A stretch of DNA of 25,461 nt, from assembly GCA_040905425.1 (NCBI GenBank), contig JBBDRO010000063.1, forward strand, positions 1 to 25,461, written 5' to 3'. The notes beneath the pieces are model-generated. The model had not been told where the DNA came from and did no database searches. It worked only from the letters and a program-made list of their open reading frames with translations. Origin of the DNA: Gemmatimonadota bacterium. GTDB taxonomy: Bacteria > Gemmatimonadota > Gemmatimonadetes > Longimicrobiales > RSA9. Below, piece by piece: positions 1 through 8,600 of the stretch (within the stretch, counting starts at the first letter, position 1; the number at the start of each line of letters is the position of its first letter). A program made the translations under genes and the position numbers.

Positions 1-1
1 C

Positions 2-232
2 TACGATCGGCGCGGCAAGCTGGTGCCCGACACGCCGCCGCCGACCCGGGTGAGCAGAGCGCTGGAGGCGCTGGAGCGGCAGCATCGGCGGGGCGGAAAT
101 CACGGCACCGGTGGTGGAAGTGGCGGCACGACGCCGGGGCCGTACACGGCTTCCCGTAGCCGCTTCAAGTTCGACCGGCTGGTCCCCTGGGAGGTGGAGG
201 CGCGGGCGCGCGAGGCGGTGGATCCGAGTTAG
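2..232 (+). CDS. 3' end of a gene running in from the window edge, possibly the C-terminal tail of a DUF222/HNH endonuclease-type protein
   Basis: Frame is open from base 2 (YDRRGKLVPDTPPP...VPWEVEARAREAVDPS, TAG at 230-232). The tail resembles, from memory, C-termini of HNH proteins in high-GC bacteria. The HNH motif itself is not in the window. Confidence 0.4.
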   Translation, partial: YDRRGKLVPDTPPPTRVSRALEALERQHRRGGNHGTGGGSGGTTPGPYTASRSRFKFDRLVPWEVEARAREAVDPS

Positions 233-289
233 GGGCTTTCGGCGCGCGGAGGCGCAGAAGTGCGAGGCAGGACCAGGCCGCGCATGTGA

Positions 290-1144
290 TCAGTCGCGTG
301 CGCCACCGCGCCAGACGTATTCCACGACGCTGCCATGCTCCGCTCCTCCTGCGGATGGAGGTTGCCAGAAGAAGACGCTGTTGCCGCCCCAGGCCACGAT
401 CTCGCCAGGGCACGGGAGGTCGGTGGCCACCCTGCCGCCGCGCACACGCACGTCACAGTTCACGGAGCGGGTGTGCATGGTGGTGGGCTCCGTCCACATG
501 TAGTCGCCGGTGGCCGGCATGTAGTGGCCGTGGCTCACGACCAGGACCTCCACCGCGAGCAGCGCCATGCCGATGATGACGGTATGCTCTTCCAGGTAGC
601 GCCGGTGAGCCGCCACGCGGTCTGCCGCGCCTTCGCCCACGTTCGAGAACTCGCCCGGGTCGGGCGGCCGCGGCGCGCGCCAGGAGGGGGGCGGATCGGA
701 GATGCTGTCGGGCGGCTCGGCATCTTCGCTACGGACGACGATGGGGTAGTAAAGGCTCGTGGCCAGTAGCGTCCGACCCGGTCCTTCCACAGCCCACCTG
801 TGATAGGGGATCCCCTGCCCCCAGTACGGCGTCTCATCGATGATCCGGGGCCGCCCGAAGGAATTGCCCAGCTCGAGCGCATATGCGGCACTCGTGCCGC
901 GCGCTCCGGGACGGACTCCGCTCTCGACGCGGCCGTCTCGCAGCAGGTCCAGGCGTACGTCGCGGATTCGTGAGGATGGAACCAGTAGCGGCGTGATCGG
1001 CTCCTGCAACGCCACGGGCTCGCGCAGCTCAAAGAGATCGCTCCACCCACTGGGATCATCGGCGCCGGCGCATCCCAGAACGGCCGCGCAGAGCGTGAGC
1101 GGTAGAGTACGTCGTGGGTTCCCGGCACGGAATGAAAGCGACAT
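290..1144 (-). CDS. Putative lipoprotein, divergent and possibly internally shortened beta-propeller-type
   Basis: ATG at 1144 gives a basic N-region, a hydrophobic stretch and lipobox VLGC. The C-terminus is beta-strand-rich like the other propeller genes here, but the GxGPxEF motif is absent. Confidence 0.55.
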   Translation of the reverse strand: MSLSFRAGNPRRTLPLTLCAAVLGCAGADDPSGWSDLFELREPVALQEPITPLLVPSSRIRDVRLDLLRDGRVESGVRPGARGTSAAYALELGNSFGRPRIIDETPYWGQGIPYHRWAVEGPGRTLLATSLYYPIVVRSEDAEPPDSISDPPPSWRAPRPPDPGEFSNVGEGAADRVAAHRRYLEEHTVIIGMALLAVEVLVVSHGHYMPATGDYMWTEPTTMHTRSVNCDVRVRGGRVATDLPCPGEIVAWGGNSVFFWQPPSAGGAEHGSVVEYVWRGGARD

Positions 1145-1294
1145 ACGCCCAATTATACGTCCGGCACGCCGCGTCACGCACCGCTCGTCCCTGAAGCCGC
1201 GCATCCTGGCAGAAGCCACGAACGATGATGCGCGGGCGCGCGAGGGGGCGGGCCCGGACGGGGTGGATCCGAGCCAGCGGACGTGGTGCAGCGC

Positions 1295-3355
1295 TTACGA
1301 GAACAGCCCCAGCTGACCACCCGGCTGCACCGGCACGCGGAACGCCGCGCTGGAGAGCGGCCGGCGCTCGGCGTTGAGGCCCAGGCGCTTGCAGGTGGCG
1401 CGGAAGAGCGCGCCGGTCTGCTCGGCGAAGATGCCCTGGCCGCGCATGCGGGCGCCGAAGCGGGCGTCATTCAGGGCGCCGCCGCGCATCTCGCGGATGC
1501 GGTTCAGCACCTTCTCCCTGCGCTCAGGACGGTGATCCGCGAGCCACTGCTCGAAGAGGGGCGCCACGGCGTGCGGCAGGCGGACGGGGATCCAGCTGGC
1601 GCGTGTGGCGCCGGCTTCGGCGGCGGCCTCCAGGATGGCGGGCAGCTCGTGGTCGGTGAGGCCGGGGATGACCGGCGCCACCATGACGCCAACCGGTATG
1701 CCGGCGTCCGCCACGGCACGGATGGCATCCAGGCGGCGGGCGGGCGTGGCGGTGCGCGGCTCCATCACCGCGCGGAGCTCCGGATCGAGGGTGGTAACGG
1801 AGACGTTCACGACGGCGGCCTGGTGGGCGGCCAGTTCGGCCAGCAGGTCGAGGTCGCGCGTGACCAGGTGGTTCTTGGTGATGATGCCCACGGGATTCCG
1901 GAACTCGGCGAGCACCTCCAGGATGCCGCGCGTGATGCGGAGCTGCCGTTCGATGGGCTGGTAGGGATCCGTGTTGCCGGAGAGCGCTATGCTCTGCGGC
2001 TTCCAGCTCTTTGCGGACAGCGCCTTGCGCAGCAGCGCGGGCGCGTTTTCCTTCACCAGGATGCGGCTCTCGAAGTCCAGGCCGGCGGAGAAGCCCAGGT
2101 ATTCATGCGTAGGGCGCGCGTAACAGTTGTGTGTGGCCAGGCCGCCAGCGATGAACGTGCCCGTGGAAGTCTGTATGTCGATCACATCGGCGGTCTGGCC
2201 GGGTTCTACGGCGCGGACCACCTCGGGCGCGAGGTTCATTCCCCTGCCGAAGACGCTATCCAGCTTCCGCTGAATGACGGGCTGAAAGACGCTGAAAAAC
2301 CGGACGCGGTCCCTGAGTGAGCCTATGAGGCGGAGTGTGCTTGCGCCCAGCTGGCGGTCCTCGAGCTGCATGGCGAACCCGAACGTGAGACAGTAGCGCC
2401 GGACCCGCTCGAGCACCGCTTGATCCACCTGGGAAATACGGAGCGATCCGGAGGCATGGCCTGCCGCATCGAAGAAGCCCGCCACGAAGCCCCGCCGGTA
2501 GGAGCGCGTATCGCGGGGATGCTCCAGCAGGCCGTGGCTCACGGCCAGCTTGGCGAGCGACCTGGTCTCCAGCTTCGCCATGCGCGCCCGGCAGCTGGCA
2601 CCACCGTCGAAGTCCCGGAGCTCGACGTCGATTGCCAGGGTGCCCAGAAATCGTCGCAGTCGGTGGAGCGGCTCGGGGTCAGCCAACGCCACCCGCCAAT
2701 AGCTCTGGGGGAAGCCCAGTTTGCGGCTCCGCCAGCCCGGCTCGTAGCGGAACGTCCCGTCTCCGAGCGTCATGCCGGCCACGTAGCCCACCCGGTAGTC
2801 TTCATCGAACGGCTCGTCGGGGGTGACCGTTGCGTGCCGCAGCTTGTGTCCCGGTGCGAGTTGGTCCGCACGGGACCACCGGAAGTTCCTGGCCTGGAGC
2901 CAACGGTGCTCTGCAGTGGTGATGACATCAGCCTGGTCGGTCACCAGGCGCAGGGTGGGCTTCCGGGACCACCAGACCGCCTCGACCCGGGTCTTCCTGA
3001 ACTTCCGGGTACGGCCTGGCGCCGGGTATTCGTCGAACCCGACAAGCTCGTCCCCTTCCTCCACCTGGCCAATGGGACGCCACGACATGTCTGCGTACAG
3101 GATCGGCGTCCGGGGGTCCAGGCAATAAACACAGCCGTGCTCGCACCCCCGGTATGGATTCACGCTCACATCGAAGGGCACGTCCGGGCTGTTGTTGCGC
3201 GCCAGGATGCTCTTCGTGTGATCGCGGTAGAGCCTGGTATCGGGGGCGTACTCCTCCGACGCGCGCTCCTCGGCGTCGGGCTCGTAGGCCAGGGGCTCGA
3301 AGCGGTTCTGCGGATTGTCCGCGACGCCGCGGCCGCGGAGAACGGGCAACTGCAT
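1295..3355 (-). CDS. PA0069/Rv2578c-family radical SAM protein (spore photoproduct lyase-like), intein-containing; 686-aa precursor, 353 aa after splicing
   Basis: Start MQLPVLRGRGVADNP at ATG 3355. Family motifs SVNPYRGCEHGCVY/CYARPTHEYLG, SGNTDPYQPIE, ITKNHL, MEPRT and APVIPGLTD are present. Confidence 0.93.
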   Translation of the reverse strand: MQLPVLRGRGVADNPQNRFEPLAYEPDAEERASEEYAPDTRLYRDHTKSILARNNSPDVPFDVSVNPYRGCEHGCVYCLDPRTPILYADMSWRPIGQVEEGDELVGFDEYPAPGRTRKFRKTRVEAVWWSRKPTLRLVTDQADVITTAEHRWLQARNFRWSRADQLAPGHKLRHATVTPDEPFDEDYRVGYVAGMTLGDGTFRYEPGWRSRKLGFPQSYWRVALADPEPLHRLRRFLGTLAIDVELRDFDGGASCRARMAKLETRSLAKLAVSHGLLEHPRDTRSYRRGFVAGFFDAAGHASGSLRISQVDQAVLERVRRYCLTFGFAMQLEDRQLGASTLRLIGSLRDRVRFFSVFQPVIQRKLDSVFGRGMNLAPEVVRAVEPGQTADVIDIQTSTGTFIAGGLATHNCYARPTHEYLGFSAGLDFESRILVKENAPALLRKALSAKSWKPQSIALSGNTDPYQPIERQLRITRGILEVLAEFRNPVGIITKNHLVTRDLDLLAELAAHQAAVVNVSVTTLDPELRAVMEPRTATPARRLDAIRAVADAGIPVGVMVAPVIPGLTDHELPAILEAAAEAGATRASWIPVRLPHAVAPLFEQWLADHRPERREKVLNRIREMRGGALNDARFGARMRGQGIFAEQTGALFRATCKRLGLNAERRPLSSAAFRVPVQPGGQLGLFS
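2126..3124 (-). mobile_element. Intein (333 aa) with LAGLIDADG homing endonuclease domain
   Basis: Block A CLDPRTPILYADMSW, block B ITTAEHRW, endonuclease motifs VAGMTLGDG and VAGFFDAAG, block F VIDIQTSTGTFIAGG, terminal HN followed by +1 Cys. Confidence 0.93.
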
Positions 3356-3361
3356 GCTTGG

Positions 3362-3399
3362 ATCTTCGGTCGGGAGGAGCCGAACAGACACCGAAGATA
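3362..3399 (-). promoter_or_regulatory. Candidate operator/-10 region of the radical SAM gene
   Basis: Minus-strand TATCTT (3399-3394) overlaps CTTC-N7-GTTC (CCGAA repeated at 11-bp spacing, 3380 and 3391). A 9-bp inverted repeat ATCTTCGGT/ACCGAAGAT sits at 3362-3370 and 3390-3398. Confidence 0.35.
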
Positions 3400-3423
3400 A
3401 GATGGGGGCTAGCGGGCGCGAGG

Positions 3424-3444
3424 GAAAGCCCCCTGTCCGGGGGC
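3424..3444 (-). terminator. Possible intrinsic terminator downstream of the M28 peptidase gene
   Basis: Minus strand reads GCCCCC-ggaca-GGGGGC-TTTC: 6-bp GC stem, 5-nt loop, short U tail. Confidence 0.45.
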
Positions 3445-3516
3445 GTCGAGGCGCCGGGTCCACGCGCCGCGAGTGGAGGGCGGCCGGGCGGCGCACCCGG
3501 CGGATACGCGCCCCCC

Positions 3517-5451
3517 TCAACCCGGCGTGATGACCTCCCCCCGCAGCCGCGCCCCCTCCGCCTGCACCCGCGCCACCGCCTCCTGGATGGCCGCCCGCGT
3601 CTCCGGCGACGCCCCGCCCACCTCCACGTCCTCCATGGCCTGCAGCGCGGCCATGTAGTAGTCGGTCCACACTGCCACGATGCGGGTCTGCTCCGCGACG
3701 TCCTCTCCCGCGGCCACGGCGGCGCGGCTCAAGCGCGCCTCAGCGGCCAGCCGCTCCAGCGCCGCCGCCTCCTGCTCCGCCACCAGTACGCGGGCCGTGG
3801 CCCCGTCCGCCGAGGCCAGGGTGAGGGCGGTGACCAGGGCGCAGGTACCCACGTTGGCCAGCGTGGCGGCCGAGACCTTGTCGATGCGATCCCCGTCCGT
3901 GTGGTAGAAGCGGTCGGTGAAGTGCCAGAAGAGGAGGCCGGGCTTGCCGGCGGCCAGGAAGGGCGTGTGGTCGCTTCCCCCCTCGAAGGGGTTGGTGCGC
4001 ACCACCCAGCCGGTGCGGGCGGCCTGGTCCAGGCAGCGGGCCAGCGCCAGGTCGTTGAAGTAGTGGGGGCGCAGGTCCTCCTCCGTGAGCGGCCGGCCGC
4101 CCCACTCCGTGTGCCGGTCCTCCCCGCGCGTCCAGATGGCCGAGGGGTCAGGCATCTTCTCGATGAGGAAGGTGCCGCCCGTCACCTCCGTGTCCTCCCC
4201 CACCATGTCCAGGCTCATCCCCCAGCGCACGCCCGCCGTGCGGGCGCTGTCCTCCGCCAGGTAGCGACGCGTGGAGCTGATCTCGTCCCCCCAGAGGAAG
4301 GTCACGGTGCGCGCGGGATCGGCCGCGCCCGCACGCACCAGCGCCGCCAGCGTGCGCGCCAACTCCGCCTGCGCGCCGACGCCCGACGCGTTGTCGTTGG
4401 CGCCGGGCTCCTGCACGTGCGCGCTGAAGACGAAGCGCTCCTCCGGCGCCGCGGCGCCCCGCACGTCCGCCACCAGCGTGAGCTCGTCGGCCGTGTAGCT
4501 CCGGGCGTCCGCGCTCACGCGCACCCGCACCGGCCCCTCCGCCAGCGACGCCTTGAGCCGCTCGTTGGCGGCGTACGACAGGCGCAGCCCCCACGCGCGG
4601 GCCTCCGCGTCGTAAGGGATGGAGGTGAACTGGATGCTGTTCGTGTTCACCTCCGGCTGCAGGTAGGCGGCCATGCCGTAGCTGAGGACGCCCACGGCGC
4701 CCCGCTCCTGCACCGCGCTCCGGAAGAGGCGCCCGGCGCTCGTCTCCCCGTACGCGATCCTGCCCCGCACGTCCACGCCGGCGAAGTCCTCCTCCCGCCC
4801 CTCCCCCACGTCCACCACCGCCGCCTCCACCCCGCCGGGCGGCGTGGGGAAGGAGTTGATGGCCAGCATGTTCCGGTTGGTGGCGAAGCGCAGGAGCGGC
4901 GCATCCTCCCCCACAAACGTGAGGCTCGCGTCCACGGGCTCCCACGTGGGCTGCTCCATGGGCCGGCGCTCGACGCGGTAGGTGAGGCGCTCGCCCGGTG
5001 CCGCGTCCGCCTCCAGGACGTACCCGGCGCTGTCCAGGAGCGCGGCCACGCGGTGGATGCTCTCGTCGAAGCCCGTGTTGCCGGGGAGCCGCCACCGCTG
5101 CTCCACGTAAGCGACGATGCCCTTCGCCCGCTCCCCCGAGAGCTCCTCCCGGACGGCCGCGAAGTGCGCGGCCACGGCGGGGGGCGGGGCCGCGCGCTCC
5201 TCCGCCTGTGCCGAGGTATCCGCCCTGCCGCACCCCGCGCCGGCTGCGCCGGCGAGAAGCACGGGCAGGAACACGGAGAGATGCAGGGCCCCACGTACGG
5301 GGAGACGCACGGGAATACGCACCGGCAGACCCGGCAGACCCGGCAGATCCAAAGGCAGGAGCAGCCGGCGCGTGCGCGCCCCGGCGGAGCCGGACGCGGC
5401 GTCGACGGCGCGGAGCCCCACGAAGGCGGACGGGGGACGTCGCTTACTCAC
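3517..5451 (-). CDS. M28-family metallopeptidase with PA domain, probable lipoprotein (start uncertain)
   Basis: Motifs SAHVQEPGANDNASG, WGDE, SLDMVG, GGSDH and YHTDGD; PA-like DFAGVDVRGRI; lipobox-like AGAGC. GTG at 5451 overlaps the upstream stop, but a later GTG start is possible. Confidence 0.87.
   Translation of the reverse strand: MSKRRPPSAFVGLRAVDAASGSAGARTRRLLLPLDLPGLPGLPVRIPVRLPVRGALHLSVFLPVLLAGAAGAGCGRADTSAQAEERAAPPPAVAAHFAAVREELSGERAKGIVAYVEQRWRLPGNTGFDESIHRVAALLDSAGYVLEADAAPGERLTYRVERRPMEQPTWEPVDASLTFVGEDAPLLRFATNRNMLAINSFPTPPGGVEAAVVDVGEGREEDFAGVDVRGRIAYGETSAGRLFRSAVQERGAVGVLSYGMAAYLQPEVNTNSIQFTSIPYDAEARAWGLRLSYAANERLKASLAEGPVRVRVSADARSYTADELTLVADVRGAAAPEERFVFSAHVQEPGANDNASGVGAQAELARTLAALVRAGAADPARTVTFLWGDEISSTRRYLAEDSARTAGVRWGMSLDMVGEDTEVTGGTFLIEKMPDPSAIWTRGEDRHTEWGGRPLTEEDLRPHYFNDLALARCLDQAARTGWVVRTNPFEGGSDHTPFLAAGKPGLLFWHFTDRFYHTDGDRIDKVSAATLANVGTCALVTALTLASADGATARVLVAEQEAAALERLAAEARLSRAAVAAGEDVAEQTRIVAVWTDYYMAALQAMEDVEVGGASPETRAAIQEAVARVQAEGARLRGEVITPG
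5322..5348. repeat. 9-bp tandem repeat (CCGGCAGAC) x3
   Basis: Seen directly. Encodes LPGLPGLP in the N-terminal region of the M28 frame. Confidence 0.8.
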
Positions 5452-6769
5452 GGAGGTTGGAGGGGAGGCGCGGGGACGCCAGCAGGGAGCCGAACACCTC
5501 CCAGCGGCGCTCCGGATCGTCCGCGGTGCCGCCGAGGCGCTCCACGTAGTCGGCCACCATGTCGCGGCCCAGGTTGTAGTTGATGACGTAGCTGCGGTAG
5601 TCATCCATGAAGCGGGTGCGCTGCAGGGCGCGCTCGGGGTCCATGAGGCCGTAGCGGGTCAGCCACGCGGCCGCCTCTTCGCGGGTGAAATCACCGTTCA
5701 GGTAGCGGCGGGCGGCCTCGTTGCCGGCGTAGGAGAGCTCGGCGGCCAGCGCCTGGATCTCGCGGTACTCCGCCGCCCGGGCCGGGTCGAGGCCGGCCAG
5801 CGGATAGAGCACTTCGCGCTCGAAGCTCACGCGCTCCTCCCCGGGGAAGGCCACGTCGATGCCGTAGTTGGCGCTGCCCTCCGCGATGAGCGACTGGGGG
5901 CTGAAGAGCGGGTAGACCTGGAATTCCGGCCAGCCCCGCTCCCGTACCAGCTCCTGCTCGATGAGCACGTTGTAGACGTGGTGGCCGGGGTAGCCCTCGT
6001 GCGCGGCCAGGTCGATGGCGCGATCGATGTGGATGGGCAGGTCCGTGTTGAGCTGGATCAGCGAGCGTGCGTCTCCCTGATACCAGTTGTAGCCACTCCA
6101 GCTCTTGTTGGTCACGTACTCCAGCTCGAAGCGCTCATCTTCCGGCAGCTCCAGCCGCTCCACCGTCCGACGGCGCGCCTCGGCGATGGCGGCACGGAAG
6201 ACGGTGTCCAGGCGCTCCGCGGGGATGATGAAGGCATCGCGCCACTGTTGGTAACGCTCGTTGATCGGGCCGCTGCCGGGGAGGCGCTCGTCCAGACGGT
6301 CGAGGATGGCCTGAAATTCTTCGGCCGTGTGTTCGGGCGGGTCCACGTCGTAGAGCGCGCGGGCCTCCTCGTCGAAGCTCATGGTGCGCCCGCCCAGCCG
6401 GTCGGCGTGCGCGGCCACAGCCTCGAGCTGGCGCTGGAGGTAGCTCGCGCGGAGCTGCCAGTCCTCCTCCGCGCCGGTCAGGTCGAGCTGCGCCACGGTG
6501 GCGGCCAGGGCACTGGCGGAGTCGCCGATCTGGATGGCGGTGGGCGGCGACGCGGTGGCCTCCGCCCGCCATTCCTCCGGGCCGTAGTAGGCGTCCACGT
6601 AGGCCGGGTCATGGTCGCCGAGCGCCAGCACGAGCTTCACGTAGGCCTCGGCCGCCGGGGCAAGCGCGGCGTCCAGGTCGGCGTCCAGGTCGGCGGCCAG
6701 GTCGGCATCCTCGGGAGCTCCGCAGGCGGCGGCCAGGAGGAGGGCGGCGGCGAGTGTGCGGCGGCGCAT
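5444..6769 (-). CDS. DUF885-like lipoprotein, putative zinc metallopeptidase fold
   Basis: Signal peptide with lipobox AAAC; motif AAHEGYPGHH followed by IAEGSANY and YVINYNLG. Confidence 0.8.
   Translation of the reverse strand: MRRRTLAAALLLAAACGAPEDADLAADLDADLDAALAPAAEAYVKLVLALGDHDPAYVDAYYGPEEWRAEATASPPTAIQIGDSASALAATVAQLDLTGAEEDWQLRASYLQRQLEAVAAHADRLGGRTMSFDEEARALYDVDPPEHTAEEFQAILDRLDERLPGSGPINERYQQWRDAFIIPAERLDTVFRAAIAEARRRTVERLELPEDERFELEYVTNKSWSGYNWYQGDARSLIQLNTDLPIHIDRAIDLAAHEGYPGHHVYNVLIEQELVRERGWPEFQVYPLFSPQSLIAEGSANYGIDVAFPGEERVSFEREVLYPLAGLDPARAAEYREIQALAAELSYAGNEAARRYLNGDFTREEAAAWLTRYGLMDPERALQRTRFMDDYRSYVINYNLGRDMVADYVERLGGTADDPERRWEVFGSLLASPRLPSNLRE
6668..6710. repeat. 12-bp tandem repeat (GGCGTCCAGGTC), about 3.5 copies
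   Basis: Encodes the DADLAADLDADLDA linker just after the lipidated Cys. Confidence 0.8.
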
Positions 6770-6783
6770 GGCAAATCTCCGGA

Positions 6784-7401
6784 TCAGGTCGATTGGGCTG
6801 GCTTGGGGCGTGTGGTGGTGGCGTCCAGGTCCCTGAGCAGGCCGTCCCGGATGTCGTAGATCCAGCCGTGGACGGCCAGTTCCTGGCCGCGCTCCCAGGC
6901 CCCCTGCACGATGGACGTGCTCACCACACTGCGCACCTGCGCCGCCACATTGAGTTCGGCCAGCCGCGCGGCGCGGGCGTCCACGTCACCCGCGGCGTCC
7001 ACATGTGCGCGCTGCCACTCGTAGACGTCCTCGACGTGGCGGAGCCAGTCCCGCACGATGCCCGTGGCCGACCCCTCCAGCGCCGCACGCACGCCGCCGC
7101 AGCCGTAGTGGCCACACACGATGACGTCCTCCACGCCCAGCACGTCCACGGCGTACTGGAGCACCGAGAGGGCGTTCGGGTCGGAGTGCACGACCACGTT
7201 GGCCACGTTGCGGTGCACGAAGAGTTCGCCCGGCAGCAGGCCCACGATCTGGTTGGCGGGGACGCGGCTGTCCGAGCAGCCGATCCACAGGTAGCGGGGC
7301 CGTTGCTGCTCCGCGAGCGTGTCGAAGAAGGCAGGATCCTGGGCCCGCATGCGCTCGGCCCAGGCACGGTTGCGGTCGAAGAGATGGGGCAGTGTCTTCA
7401 T
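6784..7401 (-). CDS. can: Beta-class carbonic anhydrase
   Basis: Zn-ligand motifs WIGCSDSRVP and CGHYGCGG; GELFVHRNVAN, LQYAV and HGWIYDIRDG. Confidence 0.96.
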   Translation of the reverse strand: MKTLPHLFDRNRAWAERMRAQDPAFFDTLAEQQRPRYLWIGCSDSRVPANQIVGLLPGELFVHRNVANVVVHSDPNALSVLQYAVDVLGVEDVIVCGHYGCGGVRAALEGSATGIVRDWLRHVEDVYEWQRAHVDAAGDVDARAARLAELNVAAQVRSVVSTSIVQGAWERGQELAVHGWIYDIRDGLLRDLDATTTRPKPAQST

Positions 7402-8525
7402 GCACCTACACGCAGGGTGACGGTGGCGGCCTGCCCCGCCGGGAGTTCGAAGGGATCGGACGTGCCGGCGCCCAGCTCGTCATGGACGGCGCGCAGCACG
7501 TAGCGGCCGGGGCCCGGCGCCACCAGCACGAAGGCGCCCGTCTCGTCGGCCCGGGCAATGCCGAACCGTTCGCCATTGGGGCCCACCAGCTCCACCACGG
7601 CGGCGGCGGCGGGCTCCGTTCCCGAGCGCTGGTAGACCGTGCCCTTCAGCGTGCCGGGACGCTCCCCCGCCTCCGGCGCGCGGAAGCTCACCTCGGCCGC
7701 CATGCGACGCGTGGCGGGCAGCTGCGGCGGCGGCTCCGCCTCAACGGCACGCTTCTCCCCGTCACGCGTCCAGACGGCCACCACGCTGCAGTTGTCGCTG
7801 GTGCCCTCCTCCATCAGCACCTGGCTGCCGAAGTAGGGGTTCTGGTGGCGCATCTCGATGGGCGCGTCGAAGTAATTCTTGTAGAACTCCACACCCAGAA
7901 GGGTGTTCGTGGGGGTCTCCATGCGCACGGAGTCCATGGCTGGCGTGAGCACCAGATGGCCGTCCCAGTAGAGCGTCCGGCACCCGCGATCGGGTACGAA
8001 GTAGCGCAGGATGTCCGGCACGGACAGCGCGTTCTGGAACTCCGGGTCGTTGAAGTCCACCAGCCGCGTGGGCCCCACCGACGGCGCGCTCTCGTGGCGC
8101 TTGCGGAAGCCGTCGTGCGTGGCGGCGTGGCGCACGTCCACCACCCGTGCCTGGATGAGCAGCGGATCCAGCGCGATGGCCTCCGTGGACATGCGGATCA
8201 CCACCTCCAGCGCCTCGCGGAAAGCCAGGCGCAGGGTGTCCGTCTCCACGGGCGCGAAGCCGATGTGAGTGGCTTCCAGCCGGTAGAGGCCCGCGCCCTC
8301 GGCCGCCATGTAGAAACGGCCGGCGCTGTCGCTCAGCGCCTCCGCCACCGCCCCATCCTCGTCGAGCAGGCGGAGCTGCACGCCGATGATGGGTCCGCCG
8401 CTGGTGGCCTCGACCACGCGGCCGCGGACGGACTGGGCGTGCGCCGCGGTGGCCGGCAAAACGCACGCAACCGCCAGGGCCGCCGCGCCGAACAGGTATG
8501 CGCTTCGAGGAGTAGTCAATTTCAT
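7398..8525 (-). CDS. Secreted protein with N- and C-terminal carboxypeptidase-regulatory-like (transthyretin-like) domains
   Basis: Signal peptide ending AHA-Q. VRGRVVEATSGGPI...SDSAGRF...GLYRLEATHIGF is followed by a second LKGTVY...ADETGAF...GRYVLRA module. ATGA overlap with can. Confidence 0.75.
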   Translation of the reverse strand: MKLTTPRSAYLFGAAALAVACVLPATAAHAQSVRGRVVEATSGGPIIGVQLRLLDEDGAVAEALSDSAGRFYMAAEGAGLYRLEATHIGFAPVETDTLRLAFREALEVVIRMSTEAIALDPLLIQARVVDVRHAATHDGFRKRHESAPSVGPTRLVDFNDPEFQNALSVPDILRYFVPDRGCRTLYWDGHLVLTPAMDSVRMETPTNTLLGVEFYKNYFDAPIEMRHQNPYFGSQVLMEEGTSDNCSVVAVWTRDGEKRAVEAEPPPQLPATRRMAAEVSFRAPEAGERPGTLKGTVYQRSGTEPAAAAVVELVGPNGERFGIARADETGAFVLVAPGPGRYVLRAVHDELGAGTSDPFELPAGQAATVTLRVGA

Positions 8526-8600
8526 GGGTTGGAATTTAGCGGCGTGCGGGCTGAGCACCAGTTCGCTGATCGGACCGCCGGCGCCCGGTCCGGCGCAGCG

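Noticed and set aside
3356..3670. 105-aa N-terminal extension of the radical SAM ORF in the ORF track
   Set aside because: It overlaps the M28 gene in another frame and spans a terminator-like hairpin; family similarity begins at ATG 3355.
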